Of a stretch of 64,000 bases of DNA, positions 18,206 through 28,281 are shown piece by piece; the first letter of the stretch is position 1, and every line of letters begins with the position of its first letter. The DNA is taken from assembly GCA_947501605.1 (NCBI GenBank), contig CANMWZ010000016.1, positions 1-64,000 on the forward strand, written 5' to 3'. This DNA is from Planctomycetota bacterium. Lineage in GTDB: Bacteria > Planctomycetota > UBA1135 > UBA2386. The notes beneath the pieces are model-generated. The model was not told the origin of the DNA, made no database searches, and saw only the letters and a program-made list of their open reading frames with translations. Both the position numbers and the translations under genes were made by a program.

Positions 18206-19228
18206 TCACAGCCGACGGCTCAGGACAAATCCGGCGATCTGCGAGAGCGCCGCGCGTGCAGGACCACTTGGCAGCGCACTGAGGGAGGCCTGCGCCTTGG
18301 CAACGCGCCGCTGCGCTTCCTCCATCGAGTAGGCAACGGCGTGTTCGAGAGGGAATTCCGCGCGCAGGCGCCGCAGCGCCTCCTGCTCGGGCAAACCAAG
18401 GACTTGCTGCAACCGCTCACCGCAGGCCGGGTCGCGCTGCAGCATGTAGAGCAGCGGCAACGTGATCTTGCCCTTGCTCAGGTCCGTGCCGAGTGACTTG
18501 CCGACCACTCGCTCGTCGCCCTCAAGATCGAGGCAGTCGTCGACGATCTGGAACGCGATGCCGAGCTCGAGGCCATACTCCTCCAGCGCCCGCAAACGGG
18601 ACTCGGTCCCGCCAGCATAGTGACCGCCGAGACGACAGCCGGCGGCATAGAGCGAAGCGGTCTTCTCGGCGATCACCTGGAAGTAGCGGTCTTCGGTGAA
18701 GGCGAGGTCGAAGCGGTGCAGGATCTGCGTGATCTCGCCCTGACAGATCACGCGCACAGTCTCGGCTAGCCAGCGTGCGCACGCAGGGTCCGGCAGCTGC
18801 ACTGCCATGTGAAAGGCCTTGGCATAGATGTAGTCGCCGAGCAACACCGCAACTTCGACGCCCTGCACGTGGTTGACTGTGGCGATGCGTCGGCGCATGC
18901 CTGCGCCATCGAGGACGTCGTCGTGAACCAGGGTCGCGGTGTGCAGCAGTTCCACCACCTTGGCCACCTGGACCACGTCGTCACTCAGCTGACCACCGTG
19001 GTTGCTGCCGCGCGCTGCCATGGCCGCGAGGAACACCATCACCGGCCGGAGTTGTTTGCCGCGATAGCCGCTCACGTGCTCGACGAGCGGCACCAGATCG
19101 CGCTGCTGAGGCGCAAGATCGAGGACGAGTTCGCGGTTGAGCCGATCGAGCTGAGGACGCACCAAGGCGATCAGGTCGTGCAGCGGCAGAGTCTCGGTCA
19201 CTGGGTTTCTCGGGTCAGGTGCCGGCAT
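18206..19228 (-). CDS. ispB: Long-chain polyprenyl diphosphate synthase (IspB-like)
   Basis: GKQLRP, ELLHTATLVHDDVLD..MRR, KTA, FQIVDDCLD and GKSLGTDL..GKITLP motifs. Confidence 0.88.
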   Translation of the reverse strand: MPAPDPRNPVTETLPLHDLIALVRPQLDRLNRELVLDLAPQQRDLVPLVEHVSGYRGKQLRPVMVFLAAMAARGSNHGGQLSDDVVQVAKVVELLHTATLVHDDVLDGAGMRRRIATVNHVQGVEVAVLLGDYIYAKAFHMAVQLPDPACARWLAETVRVICQGEITQILHRFDLAFTEDRYFQVIAEKTASLYAAGCRLGGHYAGGTESRLRALEEYGLELGIAFQIVDDCLDLEGDERVVGKSLGTDLSKGKITLPLLYMLQRDPACGERLQQVLGLPEQEALRRLRAEFPLEHAVAYSMEEAQRRVAKAQASLSALPSGPARAALSQIAGFVLSRRL

Positions 19229-19456
19229 GAGGTGATGCACGCCGTAGATGCACGCGCCGCAGCGCGTCGCAAGGTCCAGGATGCTAGGGAACGAGTTCGC
19301 GGATGCCAGATTTGAGGGAACGGCGTCAGCCACCACGTTCGGCCCCGGAGCAAGCCCGGATGCGCTTCGAGCAGCCGACCAGAAGCGAGACCGGACGACC
19401 CTGCCGCGGAGAGTCCGCGCTGCCTCGACCCGCCAGCTCCAAACCGATCGGTAGAA

Positions 19457-19660
19457 TCAGGACTTCGGGGTAGTCGAGTCGTTTGAGCCAGGAGGCACGG
19501 ACTTGGTATCGCTGCCCCCCTCCTTGAGACCGCGCTTGAACTCGGTAATGCCCGAGCCCAGCGATCGCGCCATGGTAGGGATCCGATGACCGAAAAGGAC
19601 CAGAACCACTAGGAGGATGGCAATCCACTCCCAACCACCAGGCAAGACGAATGCAATCAT
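19457..19660 (-). CDS. tatA: Twin-arginine translocase TatA/E subunit
   Basis: PGGWEWIAILLVVLVLFG..IP..ARSLG.GITEFKRG. Confidence 0.9.
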   Translation of the reverse strand: MIAFVLPGGWEWIAILLVVLVLFGHRIPTMARSLGSGITEFKRGLKEGGSDTKSVPPGSNDSTTPKS

Positions 19661-19746
19661 GTCGAAAACCTCGGGCGGCATTATGCGCCACGGCGGCAAG
19701 TCCGCCAGCCGAGCCGCGAAGAATCATGCCAGCAACCCGTGTGCGA

Positions 19747-20616
19747 TCAGGTTGCTTCGGGAGCAACTGGCAGCACGCCAGCGAATCCGAACTTCGCGCG
19801 CAGCACACGAAAGAAGTGCCCCGGGCCCGCACCGAGATGACGGAACCGTTGCTTCGCCGGACGCAGTCGGACCCGCCATCCGTCGGCGACCTGCTTCCGA
19901 ATCTGACCATCCAGTTGCAGATACGCCAGACCGCGGCCAGCGGTATCCACGACTTCGACATCGAGTCCCTCGTCGACGGGCAACACCAGCGGACGCGTGC
20001 TCAACGAGTGTGACGCAAGCGGCGTCAGCACCAGCGCGGGCAGGTCAGGAGTCAGCACGGGGCCACCCGCAGCGAGCGAGTAGGCGGTGGAGCCAGCTGC
20101 GGTTGCGACTACGAGCCCATCGCCGCGATAGGCCGCCACCTCTACCCCCTCCCGCCACGCCCGCAGGGTGATCATTCCGCCCTGCGACTCGCGACTCACG
20201 ACGGCGTCATTCATCAGCAGTGTCGGCGCCCCTTCGCGACCATCCGCATCCACAACCGAGCCCAGCAGCAACATGCGCGGCTCTTCGCGCAGCTGTCCCG
20301 CGAGCGCGAGTTCGGCAGCGTGGCGTGCCTGCCCCTGCTCGAATGCAGTGAGGAACCCGAGACGACCGACATTGATACCAAGCGTCGGCATCTGGTTTTG
20401 CCCCATGCGGCGCGCCGCGCCGAGCAACGAGCCGTCGCCGCCGAAGACTACTACAAGGTCCGCGCTACGCTCGGCCAGCGAACTCTCGCGGTCGAGCAGG
20501 ACCTCGACACTGCAACCGGATTGCTGGAGCCAGACGGCATACTCGTCTACCAACCGACGACTAGCGCCCTTGCGCTCATCGCCGAGCAGGAGCACCCGTC
20601 GACCAGGAGCGTTCAA
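19747..20616 (-). CDS. nadK: NAD(+) kinase
   Basis: GGDGS, GINVGRLGFL, MND and GDGLVVATAAGSTAYSLAAGGP motifs. Confidence 0.93.
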   Translation of the reverse strand: MNAPGRRVLLLGDERKGASRRLVDEYAVWLQQSGCSVEVLLDRESSLAERSADLVVVFGGDGSLLGAARRMGQNQMPTLGINVGRLGFLTAFEQGQARHAAELALAGQLREEPRMLLLGSVVDADGREGAPTLLMNDAVVSRESQGGMITLRAWREGVEVAAYRGDGLVVATAAGSTAYSLAAGGPVLTPDLPALVLTPLASHSLSTRPLVLPVDEGLDVEVVDTAGRGLAYLQLDGQIRKQVADGWRVRLRPAKQRFRHLGAGPGHFFRVLRAKFGFAGVLPVAPEAT

Positions 20617-20725
20617 GCGCCTCCGCCGACCGCATCGCGAAGGCGCGTATCGCCGCGCTGCATGGTTGTGGCCACCACGGCGCTTGCCCGCAGCCCAATC
20701 GCAAGCATGCTCGTCGGCAGCATGG

Positions 20726-22681
20726 TCACCGGACGGGAGCGCGCTGCTCCGACAGGAACCGCGCCACGACGTGCTCGGTCGACAGGCCGCAGTAGTCGAG
20801 GACCTGCTTGCGGCTCATGTGCTCAAGGATCTCGTCGGGCACCCCCATGATCTGCACCTGGGCGCGGACTGGACCGTGCGCTGCGATGCACTCAAGCACC
20901 GCTGAGCCAAAGCCGCCGTGGATCGAGTGGTCTTCGAGCGTGACGACGCGATCGTGGCGATCGGCGAGTGCAAGCACCCCAGCCGCGTCGATTGGCTTGC
21001 AGAAGCGCGCATTGACGACCTCGATGTGGATGCCGCGCTTGTCGAGGAGAGAAGCTGCCTCGAGCGCGGTCTGCACCATGTGACCGTACGCAAGGATCGC
21101 TCCGTCCGCGCCCGTGCGCAACACCTCCATCTTGCCTAGCTCGACCGGCTGACGACGGCCGTGCCAGCCAACCAGCTCGTTGAGGCCCGGGGCGTTTCCA
21201 CGGGCATAGCGGATGCCAGACGCGCTCGCGAGCTTGAGCGAGAACTCGAGCATCTCGCGCAGTTCCATGCCGTCCTTCGGTGCCATCAGCACGATCCCTG
21301 GCATGCAGCGCAGGTAGGCGATGTCGTAGAGGCCGTTGTGGGTGGCCCCGTCCTCACCAACGAGCCCCCCTCGGTCCAGCGCGAAGACGACAGGCACCTT
21401 CTGCAGAACGACCTCCTGGAAGACCTGGTCATAGCCACGTTGGAGAAACGTGGAGTAGATCGCGACAACTGGCCGAAGACCCGAGGTCGCAAGGCCCGAG
21501 GCCAGCGCCACAGCGTGCTGTTCGGCGATGCCAGCGTCGATGAATCGATCCGGGAAGCGCTCGCGATACTCCATCAGACCGGTGCCATCCGGCATGGCGG
21601 CAGTAATCGCCACGACGCGAGAATCAGCGGCTGCGAGTTCCATCATCGAATCGCCGAACCACTCGGTCCAGCTGCGTCCTGGCGGCGCGACTGGCACCAC
21701 CGGCTGCAACACGCACGGCTCGACCGGGACTTTCTCGGGCTGTTTCTTCTTCGCCGGCTGTGGCTTGGCTGCGTGTGCGCGGTCGTAGCGATCCTCGGAT
21801 CCGGGCACGCCCTTGCCCTTCTCGGTCTTGATGTGCAGCAACGTGACGCCATCGAGTTGCTTCACGTTGATCAGCGTGTCGACGAGTTCTTCGAGGTTGT
21901 GGCCATCGACCGGACCGATGTAGCGGAACCCGAGCTCTTCGAAGATGTGCCCCGGCACGACGATGTTCTTCAACATGTCGCCAGCCTCGATGAGGCTTGC
22001 ATCAAGGTCCTTGCCCACCAACGGGATCTTCTGGATCACGTTGTGCACGGCTTCCTTCGCGCGATTGTAGAAGGCGCCGCTGCGCACTCGGTTCAGGTAG
22101 CGGGACAACGCGCCGATGGTCTTGGCGATCGACCAACGATTGTCGTTGAGAATGACAACGAGGCGTTCCTTCTCCAGCGACCCGGCATGGTTCAGTGCTT
22201 CGAACGCGACGCCACAGCCGATTGCTGCATCACCAACGACGGCGACCGAGTGACGATTCCGACCCAACAGGCGGTCTCCCATGGCGATACCCAGCGCTGC
22301 TGAGGCGGCAGTGCCGGCGTGCCCCATGAGGTAGGCGTCGTAGATGGACTCGTGACGATTGCTGAAGCCTGAGAGTCCGCCCTTCTGGCGGAGAGTGTGG
22401 AAACGCGCCCGACGTTCCGTCAGCAGCTTGTGTGGGTAACACTGGTGCCCCACGTCCCAGACCAAGCGGTCGTCACGGAAGTCGTAGAGGTAGTGCAGAG
22501 CAATCGTCAGCTCGACAACGCCCATACCCGAACCAAGGTGGCCGCCGGTGACGGCGACAACATCCATGATCTCTCGGCGCATCTCCGCCGCAAGTTGCGG
22601 GAGCTGCGAACGGTCGAGCGTTTTGAGGTCGGCCGGGCTGAGAACCCGATCGAGCAACGGCGTCTGGGAAGGTGATTCCAA
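20726..22681 (-). CDS. dxs: 1-deoxy-D-xylulose-5-phosphate synthase
   Basis: GGHLGSGMGVVELT, WDVGHQCYPHK, DAGIAEQHA and AIYSTFLQRGYDQ motifs; TTG start estimated. Confidence 0.96.
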   Translation of the reverse strand: MESPSQTPLLDRVLSPADLKTLDRSQLPQLAAEMRREIMDVVAVTGGHLGSGMGVVELTIALHYLYDFRDDRLVWDVGHQCYPHKLLTERRARFHTLRQKGGLSGFSNRHESIYDAYLMGHAGTAASAALGIAMGDRLLGRNRHSVAVVGDAAIGCGVAFEALNHAGSLEKERLVVILNDNRWSIAKTIGALSRYLNRVRSGAFYNRAKEAVHNVIQKIPLVGKDLDASLIEAGDMLKNIVVPGHIFEELGFRYIGPVDGHNLEELVDTLINVKQLDGVTLLHIKTEKGKGVPGSEDRYDRAHAAKPQPAKKKQPEKVPVEPCVLQPVVPVAPPGRSWTEWFGDSMMELAAADSRVVAITAAMPDGTGLMEYRERFPDRFIDAGIAEQHAVALASGLATSGLRPVVAIYSTFLQRGYDQVFQEVVLQKVPVVFALDRGGLVGEDGATHNGLYDIAYLRCMPGIVLMAPKDGMELREMLEFSLKLASASGIRYARGNAPGLNELVGWHGRRQPVELGKMEVLRTGADGAILAYGHMVQTALEAASLLDKRGIHIEVVNARFCKPIDAAGVLALADRHDRVVTLEDHSIHGGFGSAVLECIAAHGPVRAQVQIMGVPDEILEHMSRKQVLDYCGLSTEHVVARFLSEQRAPVR

Positions 22682-22697
22682 GGGGATGGCTCCGGGT

Positions 22698-23645
22698 TCA
22701 GCAGCGGCGCTCGACAGCGGCGAGCGCGATATCTTGCAGCAGAGGCGCCATTCCGTCCAGGGCGGCGATATCTGGACCACGCCATTGCTGCGCTGCAGCG
22801 CAGATGGGCTCGGCCAGCGCCGAGGCCTCCGCGGCCAGTTCGTGCGCCAGTTTCAGGCTTCGCTCGAGACCGACAACGGCGGGGTAGGTCAGTTTGTCGT
22901 GGTCCCGATCGGCATTTGGGTTCTTGCCCAGTTCCTGCACTGTCCCGGTCAGGTCGAGGCAGTCATCGGCAATCTGGAACGCACGGCCGATGCAGTCCCC
23001 GTATCGCTGCAGTTTCTGGCGGAACGAACCCGGCAGGGACTCGCCAGCCTCAAGTCCGGCGCAGGCACCCACCAGCACCGATCCTGTGATCAGTGCCCCG
23101 GTCTTCCGGTCATGGATCCACTGCACCTGCTCGAGTCCGCCTTCGCGCGGACGTCCTTCGGCCTCCAGGTCCGCCATCTGGCCACCCACCATTCCTCGGC
23201 TGCCGGCGGCCTGCGCCAGGATCCCAACGGCGGCGGCACCCGCAGTCGCAACGGCCTCGAACGCCAGGGTCAGCAACGCATCGCCGACGAGCAGTGCCGT
23301 TGCTTCTCCGTAGACGGTGTGGCAGGTCGGGCGTCCCCGTCGCAGTGCGTCATCATCCATGCACGGCAGGTCGTCATGGACAAGGCTGTAGGTGTGCAGA
23401 CACTCAATGCCCACGGCTGCCACCAATGCCCGCTCTGGGCTGCGGCCGGTCGCCGCGCAGCCCACCAGCGCGAGAATCGGGCGCAATCGCTTGCCGCCGG
23501 GGAAGAGTACGTAGCGCATCGCCTCGTGCAGCACCGTCGGCGGCTCGGACGCCGGCGGCAACAACTGGTCGAGAGCGCGCTCGATGCGCCCCCCCCAGTG
23601 CGACGTGAACGGAGTCAGCGCGGCACCGCGACCCGTTGCAGTCAC
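22698..23645 (-). CDS. ispA: Geranyltranstransferase (farnesyl diphosphate synthase)
   Basis: GGKRLRP, HTYSLVHDDLPCMDDDALRRG, GMVGGQ and FQIADD motifs; directly upstream of dxs. Confidence 0.93.
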   Translation of the reverse strand: MTATGRGAALTPFTSHWGGRIERALDQLLPPASEPPTVLHEAMRYVLFPGGKRLRPILALVGCAATGRSPERALVAAVGIECLHTYSLVHDDLPCMDDDALRRGRPTCHTVYGEATALLVGDALLTLAFEAVATAGAAAVGILAQAAGSRGMVGGQMADLEAEGRPREGGLEQVQWIHDRKTGALITGSVLVGACAGLEAGESLPGSFRQKLQRYGDCIGRAFQIADDCLDLTGTVQELGKNPNADRDHDKLTYPAVVGLERSLKLAHELAAEASALAEPICAAAQQWRGPDIAALDGMAPLLQDIALAAVERRC

Positions 23646-24736
23646 CGCTGCACCACCATGCCCATCATGGTCATGGCAGCCTTCTCGGGAGTGATGTTCG
23701 GCAACAGCATGCGATAGCCCTCGGTGTGGATGCTCGACTCCGTGCCTTGCCGGCGCAAGGTCCCGCTTTTTAGCAGCAGAGAGACCACGCGAGCTCGCTG
23801 GTCAACTTCGATCGATAGTTGCTCGCAGTCTGCTGCCAAGGCAAGCACATTGCCGGAGTCGTAGCCGACGACCCGCACACTCCGAAAGGCGCCGCCTGCG
23901 AGCCCGGTGAAGCCGGCAACCCGCAGCTTGTAGTCGGCGCCGGCGTCAACCAGCAGGTCGTCGAGCCGTTCCAGCCAAATGGCTCGAGTTCGCGCGTCGA
24001 TCGCATCCTCGGCGGCGCGAGCCGGCGCATCGGGATCAAGGTACTCGCCGACGACCTGCATCAGGAACGGCAGCCGCTGTTCCCACAGGTGCCCGTCGAC
24101 AGGCGCGAGTCGGACTTCATAGCCACTCTCTGGCAGATCGATGCGCACGCCATCACGGCGCCGATGTCCATGATCGAAGCGGAGCACGACCTCAGAACGG
24201 GTCCGATCGAGGGCAACAGCCATGCGAGCGGCGACGACAACATCGGCTGACCCGGTCGCCTCGTCGAACTCAAGGAACTCGACGTCAAGCAGTGCCTTTT
24301 GTTCGAGCGCACGGGCGCGCAAGAGCTGCATCCGCAAGAACCCATCAGCGCGTAGACAATCGCGAACTGCAAGCAAGCAGCGTTGAACCCCGAACGGTGG
24401 CGGATTGGCTACCAATGCAGCTGCGGCGGCACTGTGCACAGCAGCTTGCTCACGGCGCTCGGATTCCGCGGCGAGGGCTTCGCCGAGTGCCTTGGACCAC
24501 TCCAGCGCCCCGTCGAGCTCGCGCTCGAGCCGCAATCCGTCGTCACGCAGTCGCCTGCACTCCTTGGTCGACGCGGCGGCACGCGTCACCTCGATCGCAA
24601 CTGCAGCGCGAGCCTGTCGCGCCTCGATCTCAAACTCCCCCGCACGCTGAGCGACCTGCATGCCTTCGTACAACGAAACTGCCGCTAGGACGGCGGCAGC
24701 AAGGACGATGATCGGGGACCAGCGCAGCTGAGGCAT
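23642..24736 (-). CDS. Hypothetical membrane-anchored protein with coiled coil and duplicated C-terminal domain
   Basis: N-terminal hydrophobic helix; GTGA overlap with ispA. Confidence 0.7.
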   Translation of the reverse strand: MPQLRWSPIIVLAAAVLAAVSLYEGMQVAQRAGEFEIEARQARAAVAIEVTRAAASTKECRRLRDDGLRLERELDGALEWSKALGEALAAESERREQAAVHSAAAAALVANPPPFGVQRCLLAVRDCLRADGFLRMQLLRARALEQKALLDVEFLEFDEATGSADVVVAARMAVALDRTRSEVVLRFDHGHRRRDGVRIDLPESGYEVRLAPVDGHLWEQRLPFLMQVVGEYLDPDAPARAAEDAIDARTRAIWLERLDDLLVDAGADYKLRVAGFTGLAGGAFRSVRVVGYDSGNVLALAADCEQLSIEVDQRARVVSLLLKSGTLRRQGTESSIHTEGYRMLLPNITPEKAAMTMMGMVVQR

Positions 24737-24815
24737 GACGGACAAAGACGACCCGGGCGGAGTCTACTTCCCGAAGGTCAGAGTGCCCGTCCGGGATAGC
24801 CCGAAAGTGCGCTCC

Positions 24816-25613
24816 TTACTTCCATTCCTTGCTCTTGTTCTTGTTGTACCACTCGTTCCATTCCGGGTACTCGTGGAACGCTTGGCCGGTCATCGCGCGC
24901 AGCGTGGCGTTCCACTTTCCCGAGATGACGTTGAGCCGCTTCTGCATGTTCTGGGCCTCAATGTCAGCCGGATCGAGTTGGCGGGCACGACTGTCGATCT
25001 CGCCGTAGCGGATCAGCAGATTGCTGACGATCTCCTTGCGCAGCTCCAGCTTGCTGTCCTCGAAGTTGCCGAGAGCCTCGCCAGCCGATGCCTCCAACTG
25101 GGGCTCGGGATCGCGACGGGCGATCTCGATCAAGAACTTCACTCTGGTCTCGTCCTTGGCTTTGCCAAGCGCCTTGAGCAGCTCGCAGCGGAGTGGCACC
25201 CACTCCTCCTTCTTGGGGAAGCGCTTGTCTTCGAATACCGACTGTAGGGGCTCGGCACCGTCCTTCCCGAGCTGCCCGAGAGCAACCGCAGCACCGATGT
25301 AGATCTGAGCACTATCGCTTGGACGCAGCTTGCCTTTGGTAAACACCGACTCAAGGCCCTTCACGACGTCCTTCTTGTCCTTCTCGTTGAGCCCGCCCTG
25401 CCACTTCTGGACCAGGATGGTGATCACGTCCAGCCCCTCGCCATCCCTGGCGAGCTTTCGGTCAGCGACGATCTCCTTGAGCTGGCCCAACTTCAGCTCA
25501 ACCTCCTTATCAGGCTTGATCTCCTCGACCGCAGCAGGCTTCTCGGGTGCTTGGGCGCGCATGGGCGCGAGACAACCGGCGAACAACAGGACCAGTAGCT
25601 GGAAGTGACGCAT
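24816..25613 (-). CDS. HEAT-repeat secreted protein
   Basis: Signal peptide ending MRAQ; repeats AAVALGQLG, LLKALGKA and AGEALGNF; C-terminal WNEWYNKNK. Confidence 0.8.
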   Translation of the reverse strand: MRHFQLLVLLFAGCLAPMRAQAPEKPAAVEEIKPDKEVELKLGQLKEIVADRKLARDGEGLDVITILVQKWQGGLNEKDKKDVVKGLESVFTKGKLRPSDSAQIYIGAAVALGQLGKDGAEPLQSVFEDKRFPKKEEWVPLRCELLKALGKAKDETRVKFLIEIARRDPEPQLEASAGEALGNFEDSKLELRKEIVSNLLIRYGEIDSRARQLDPADIEAQNMQKRLNVISGKWNATLRAMTGQAFHEYPEWNEWYNKNKSKEWK

Positions 25614-25755
25614 GAGGAATCGAATCCGAGCGAAAAACAGGCAGGAGGAGCGGTCGGGGATTCTCCGCGCCGCCGCCCAGTTCAACAAATACCGTTCCGC
25701 CAGAGCGGGCCACAGCGTGGCAGAATCGGCGGGCGTCGCCTCGAACTCCAGATCC

Positions 25756-28014
25756 TCAGGGCAAGTCGTTGAGGAGGCGCTGCGCCGCGCGGCGCACGAT
25801 GGCTGGGTCGAGCCGATACCATCGCGCAACTGCGGCGTCTGTGTCACTCACGCCTTCCTGCCTGAGGGCGGCGGCAAAGTCACGGGCGAGCTGGGAGAAG
25901 CCCTTGACGTGCGGCGATCCCTGATCGTCCTCCGCGAGGAACTCGGCAATGTGCGCGAGCACGATCTCGGGGTGCTTGGTCTCGGCCAACGCCGCCAACT
26001 CGGCGCGTCGTTCCATCTCTGCTTCGATTGCCGCCGGGGAGAGGCCGAATCGAAGGATGAGACCGAGCCCACGCCAGACGTTGTCCTCGAAGGGCAGATA
26101 GTGGAACGAGTCGACGAGATGACGGCGCTCGTGCAACCGGATCACCTCGAGCACCGCTGCCTCCAGGTCGATGTCCTGTAGTCTGGACAACGCAGCGAGG
26201 CGGTAGCTCGCATCCAGAGGATCGAAAACATCGGTGTCGGGAGGCACAGGATCGTCGAGCACGACCAGCCTGTCGGCGAGGGTCGTCGCTCGCCGCGCGG
26301 CGATGGACTGGGCCCATTCGACCACGGCATCGTGATCGATGAGATAGTGGTTCATGAGCGCTACGCCTGCGAGGTCACCACCAAGCACGCCAGACAAGGA
26401 CCGCACCGAACGATCAACGCCCACCACTTCCCGGCAGCGTCCTTGCACGGGCAACACCGGGTCTGTGGGGAGGTCGCGCACGGACAAGCGCGTGAACAGG
26501 AGACCCTCGGCCACTCCTCCGGCTCGCCGCCCGATGACGATGTAGCGGTTGTAGCGCGCGAGATGACGGCTCAACCCGGCGGCGAACGGATCGACCATCT
26601 CGCCCACCAACGGCAGAGTGAAGCGAACATCCGGTTCGACGACGTCTTTCCCAAGCATCGCAATCGACGACCGCCGAACCTCGAGGAGCAGGCTGTCAAG
26701 GTCTGCTCTCGCACTGGCGGCATAGCCGCGATACAGCAGCCGACGTAGGACGTTTTCGAAGGCGACCTCCATGCGCACCTCCTCGCGCAGCGAGCGCATC
26801 TCGTCGTTCGCGCCGTGGCGGCGCACGGCAAGGTCAACTGCAAGTTCGGCCTCCGCAAGAAGACCAGCATCTCGCAAGGCTGCACACCAGGAAGAAGCCG
26901 CCTCGGCCCCAGCACAGGGGTCCTCGCCATCGTCAGCGCAGTCGATCAGTGTCAGCCAAACTGCACGCACCTGGTTATCCTCGGCGAGCAGCAACTCGCG
27001 CGGCAAGTCACCGCGCAACGCCGAGTGGAACGACTTGCTGTCCCCGCACGCGAGTAGCAATCGGCGATACTGACGTCGCAGCGACGGTCCAAGCTCGTCG
27101 TGATCGACAGCTTCGATAGCGATCAAGGCCGCCTGGGGCTGCTGCAGCCGCGGCAGCACGCTCGCCAACAAATCGGTCCCAGCCCCGCGGGCAAAGTTGC
27201 GCCATCGATCCTCGGACTCCCGCAGTGCGTCCAAGCATTGCTCGACTTGCTCGTCGGCAATCCCGGCGCGCAAGAGTTCGCGCAGGATGCCGTGAACGCC
27301 AGGGTCGAACGGACGCGCGCGCACCGCACTGAGGTACGACACCCATCCAAGCGCCCGCTCTGGCCCGCTCCCGAGCGCGAACAGCGTCTGCGCCATCCCG
27401 AGATGCCCCACACCCGCAACGAGCCCACCGGCCTTCGCCATGGTCTCGTAGACCTGAAGCGCATCGCGGAGTCGGCCAGCCGATCGAAGCGAGCTGGCGT
27501 AGGCAACCGCAACAGCTTGGTTCGCCTCGCTCGCCGCGTAAAGCCGTTCGTAGATCGCAAGGGACTGCGACGGATCGACGTCCCGGAGGGAGAACGCCAA
27601 CCCCAACCAAGGCCACAGGCTCTCGGGCTCGAGTTCGGCAGCGCTCGCAAACGCCGTGTGCATAGCCGAACCTGACGGCAACAGCCGTCCGTAGAGGTAC
27701 AACTCGTCCGCTGAGGTGGGTGCCGCCGCAACTCTGGCTGCCGCCTCCGAGCGCAAGAACCCCAGTCGGCCGCGCTGACGAAGCAAATCCTGCCGCAGCC
27801 GCTCGGCTTCGACGAACCTCCCCTCACCCGCAAGAAGGTCAAGATCGCGCAGTCCGCCGTCGATGTCACCGCCGTCGACCTTCCGCTGGATTGTGTGCAA
27901 CCGCTCGTACTGCGGCGGCGTCGCCTTGCTTGCCACCCGCGCTGGCACCGACGACAGAACGTCGATCGCACACCCTCCCAGGAGAACCAGGAGCACCGCC
28001 GCCGAAAATCGCAT
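25756..28014 (-). CDS. TPR-like lipoprotein with C-terminal HExxH metallopeptidase motif
   Basis: Lipobox LGGC, helical repeats, HERRH at 26119-26133 followed by EMERRAE. Confidence 0.7.
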   Translation of the reverse strand: MRFSAAVLLVLLGGCAIDVLSSVPARVASKATPPQYERLHTIQRKVDGGDIDGGLRDLDLLAGEGRFVEAERLRQDLLRQRGRLGFLRSEAAARVAAAPTSADELYLYGRLLPSGSAMHTAFASAAELEPESLWPWLGLAFSLRDVDPSQSLAIYERLYAASEANQAVAVAYASSLRSAGRLRDALQVYETMAKAGGLVAGVGHLGMAQTLFALGSGPERALGWVSYLSAVRARPFDPGVHGILRELLRAGIADEQVEQCLDALRESEDRWRNFARGAGTDLLASVLPRLQQPQAALIAIEAVDHDELGPSLRRQYRRLLLACGDSKSFHSALRGDLPRELLLAEDNQVRAVWLTLIDCADDGEDPCAGAEAASSWCAALRDAGLLAEAELAVDLAVRRHGANDEMRSLREEVRMEVAFENVLRRLLYRGYAASARADLDSLLLEVRRSSIAMLGKDVVEPDVRFTLPLVGEMVDPFAAGLSRHLARYNRYIVIGRRAGGVAEGLLFTRLSVRDLPTDPVLPVQGRCREVVGVDRSVRSLSGVLGGDLAGVALMNHYLIDHDAVVEWAQSIAARRATTLADRLVVLDDPVPPDTDVFDPLDASYRLAALSRLQDIDLEAAVLEVIRLHERRHLVDSFHYLPFEDNVWRGLGLILRFGLSPAAIEAEMERRAELAALAETKHPEIVLAHIAEFLAEDDQGSPHVKGFSQLARDFAAALRQEGVSDTDAAVARWYRLDPAIVRRAAQRLLNDLP

Positions 28015-28047
28015 GACGCGGTGATACGGGCCGCACGAAGCGGACTC

Positions 28048-28247
28048 AAAGAAAAGGCAGTCCCGCGGCGGCGCGTGGGCGCCGCGGGCGCCCGGCCGCG
28101 TGTAGCCCCCCGGCCACTCGCTGCGGCACTCGCCCAACGCACCGTAAGCCCCCCGACCCCGATGCGCTGTTTGCGCAGACCCCCTGATCCTTCGCACGGT
28201 CTGCACATCCACTGCGGTGCGTCCCCCTAGAACCACCGCAGTGTGCA
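28048..28247 (-). ncRNA. Candidate small RNA: four hairpins with G5-G6 runs plus terminator
   Basis: Stems 28210-19/28234-43, 28173-81/28198-206, 28136-44/28160-68 and 28096-107/28112-26. Terminator stem 28062-70/28080-88 followed by a U-tract. Sigma28-like promoter immediately upstream. Confidence 0.6.
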
Positions 28248-28253
28248 CGATGG

Positions 28254-28281
28254 GTATCGGCAAGAACTTGCGTCGGCTTGA
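28254..28281 (-). promoter_or_regulatory. Sigma28 (FliA/SigD)-like promoter TCAAG-N15-GCCGATAC
   Basis: Close to the sigma28 consensus TAAA/TCAAG...GCCGATAA; same spacing as three other sites in the window. Confidence 0.65.
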
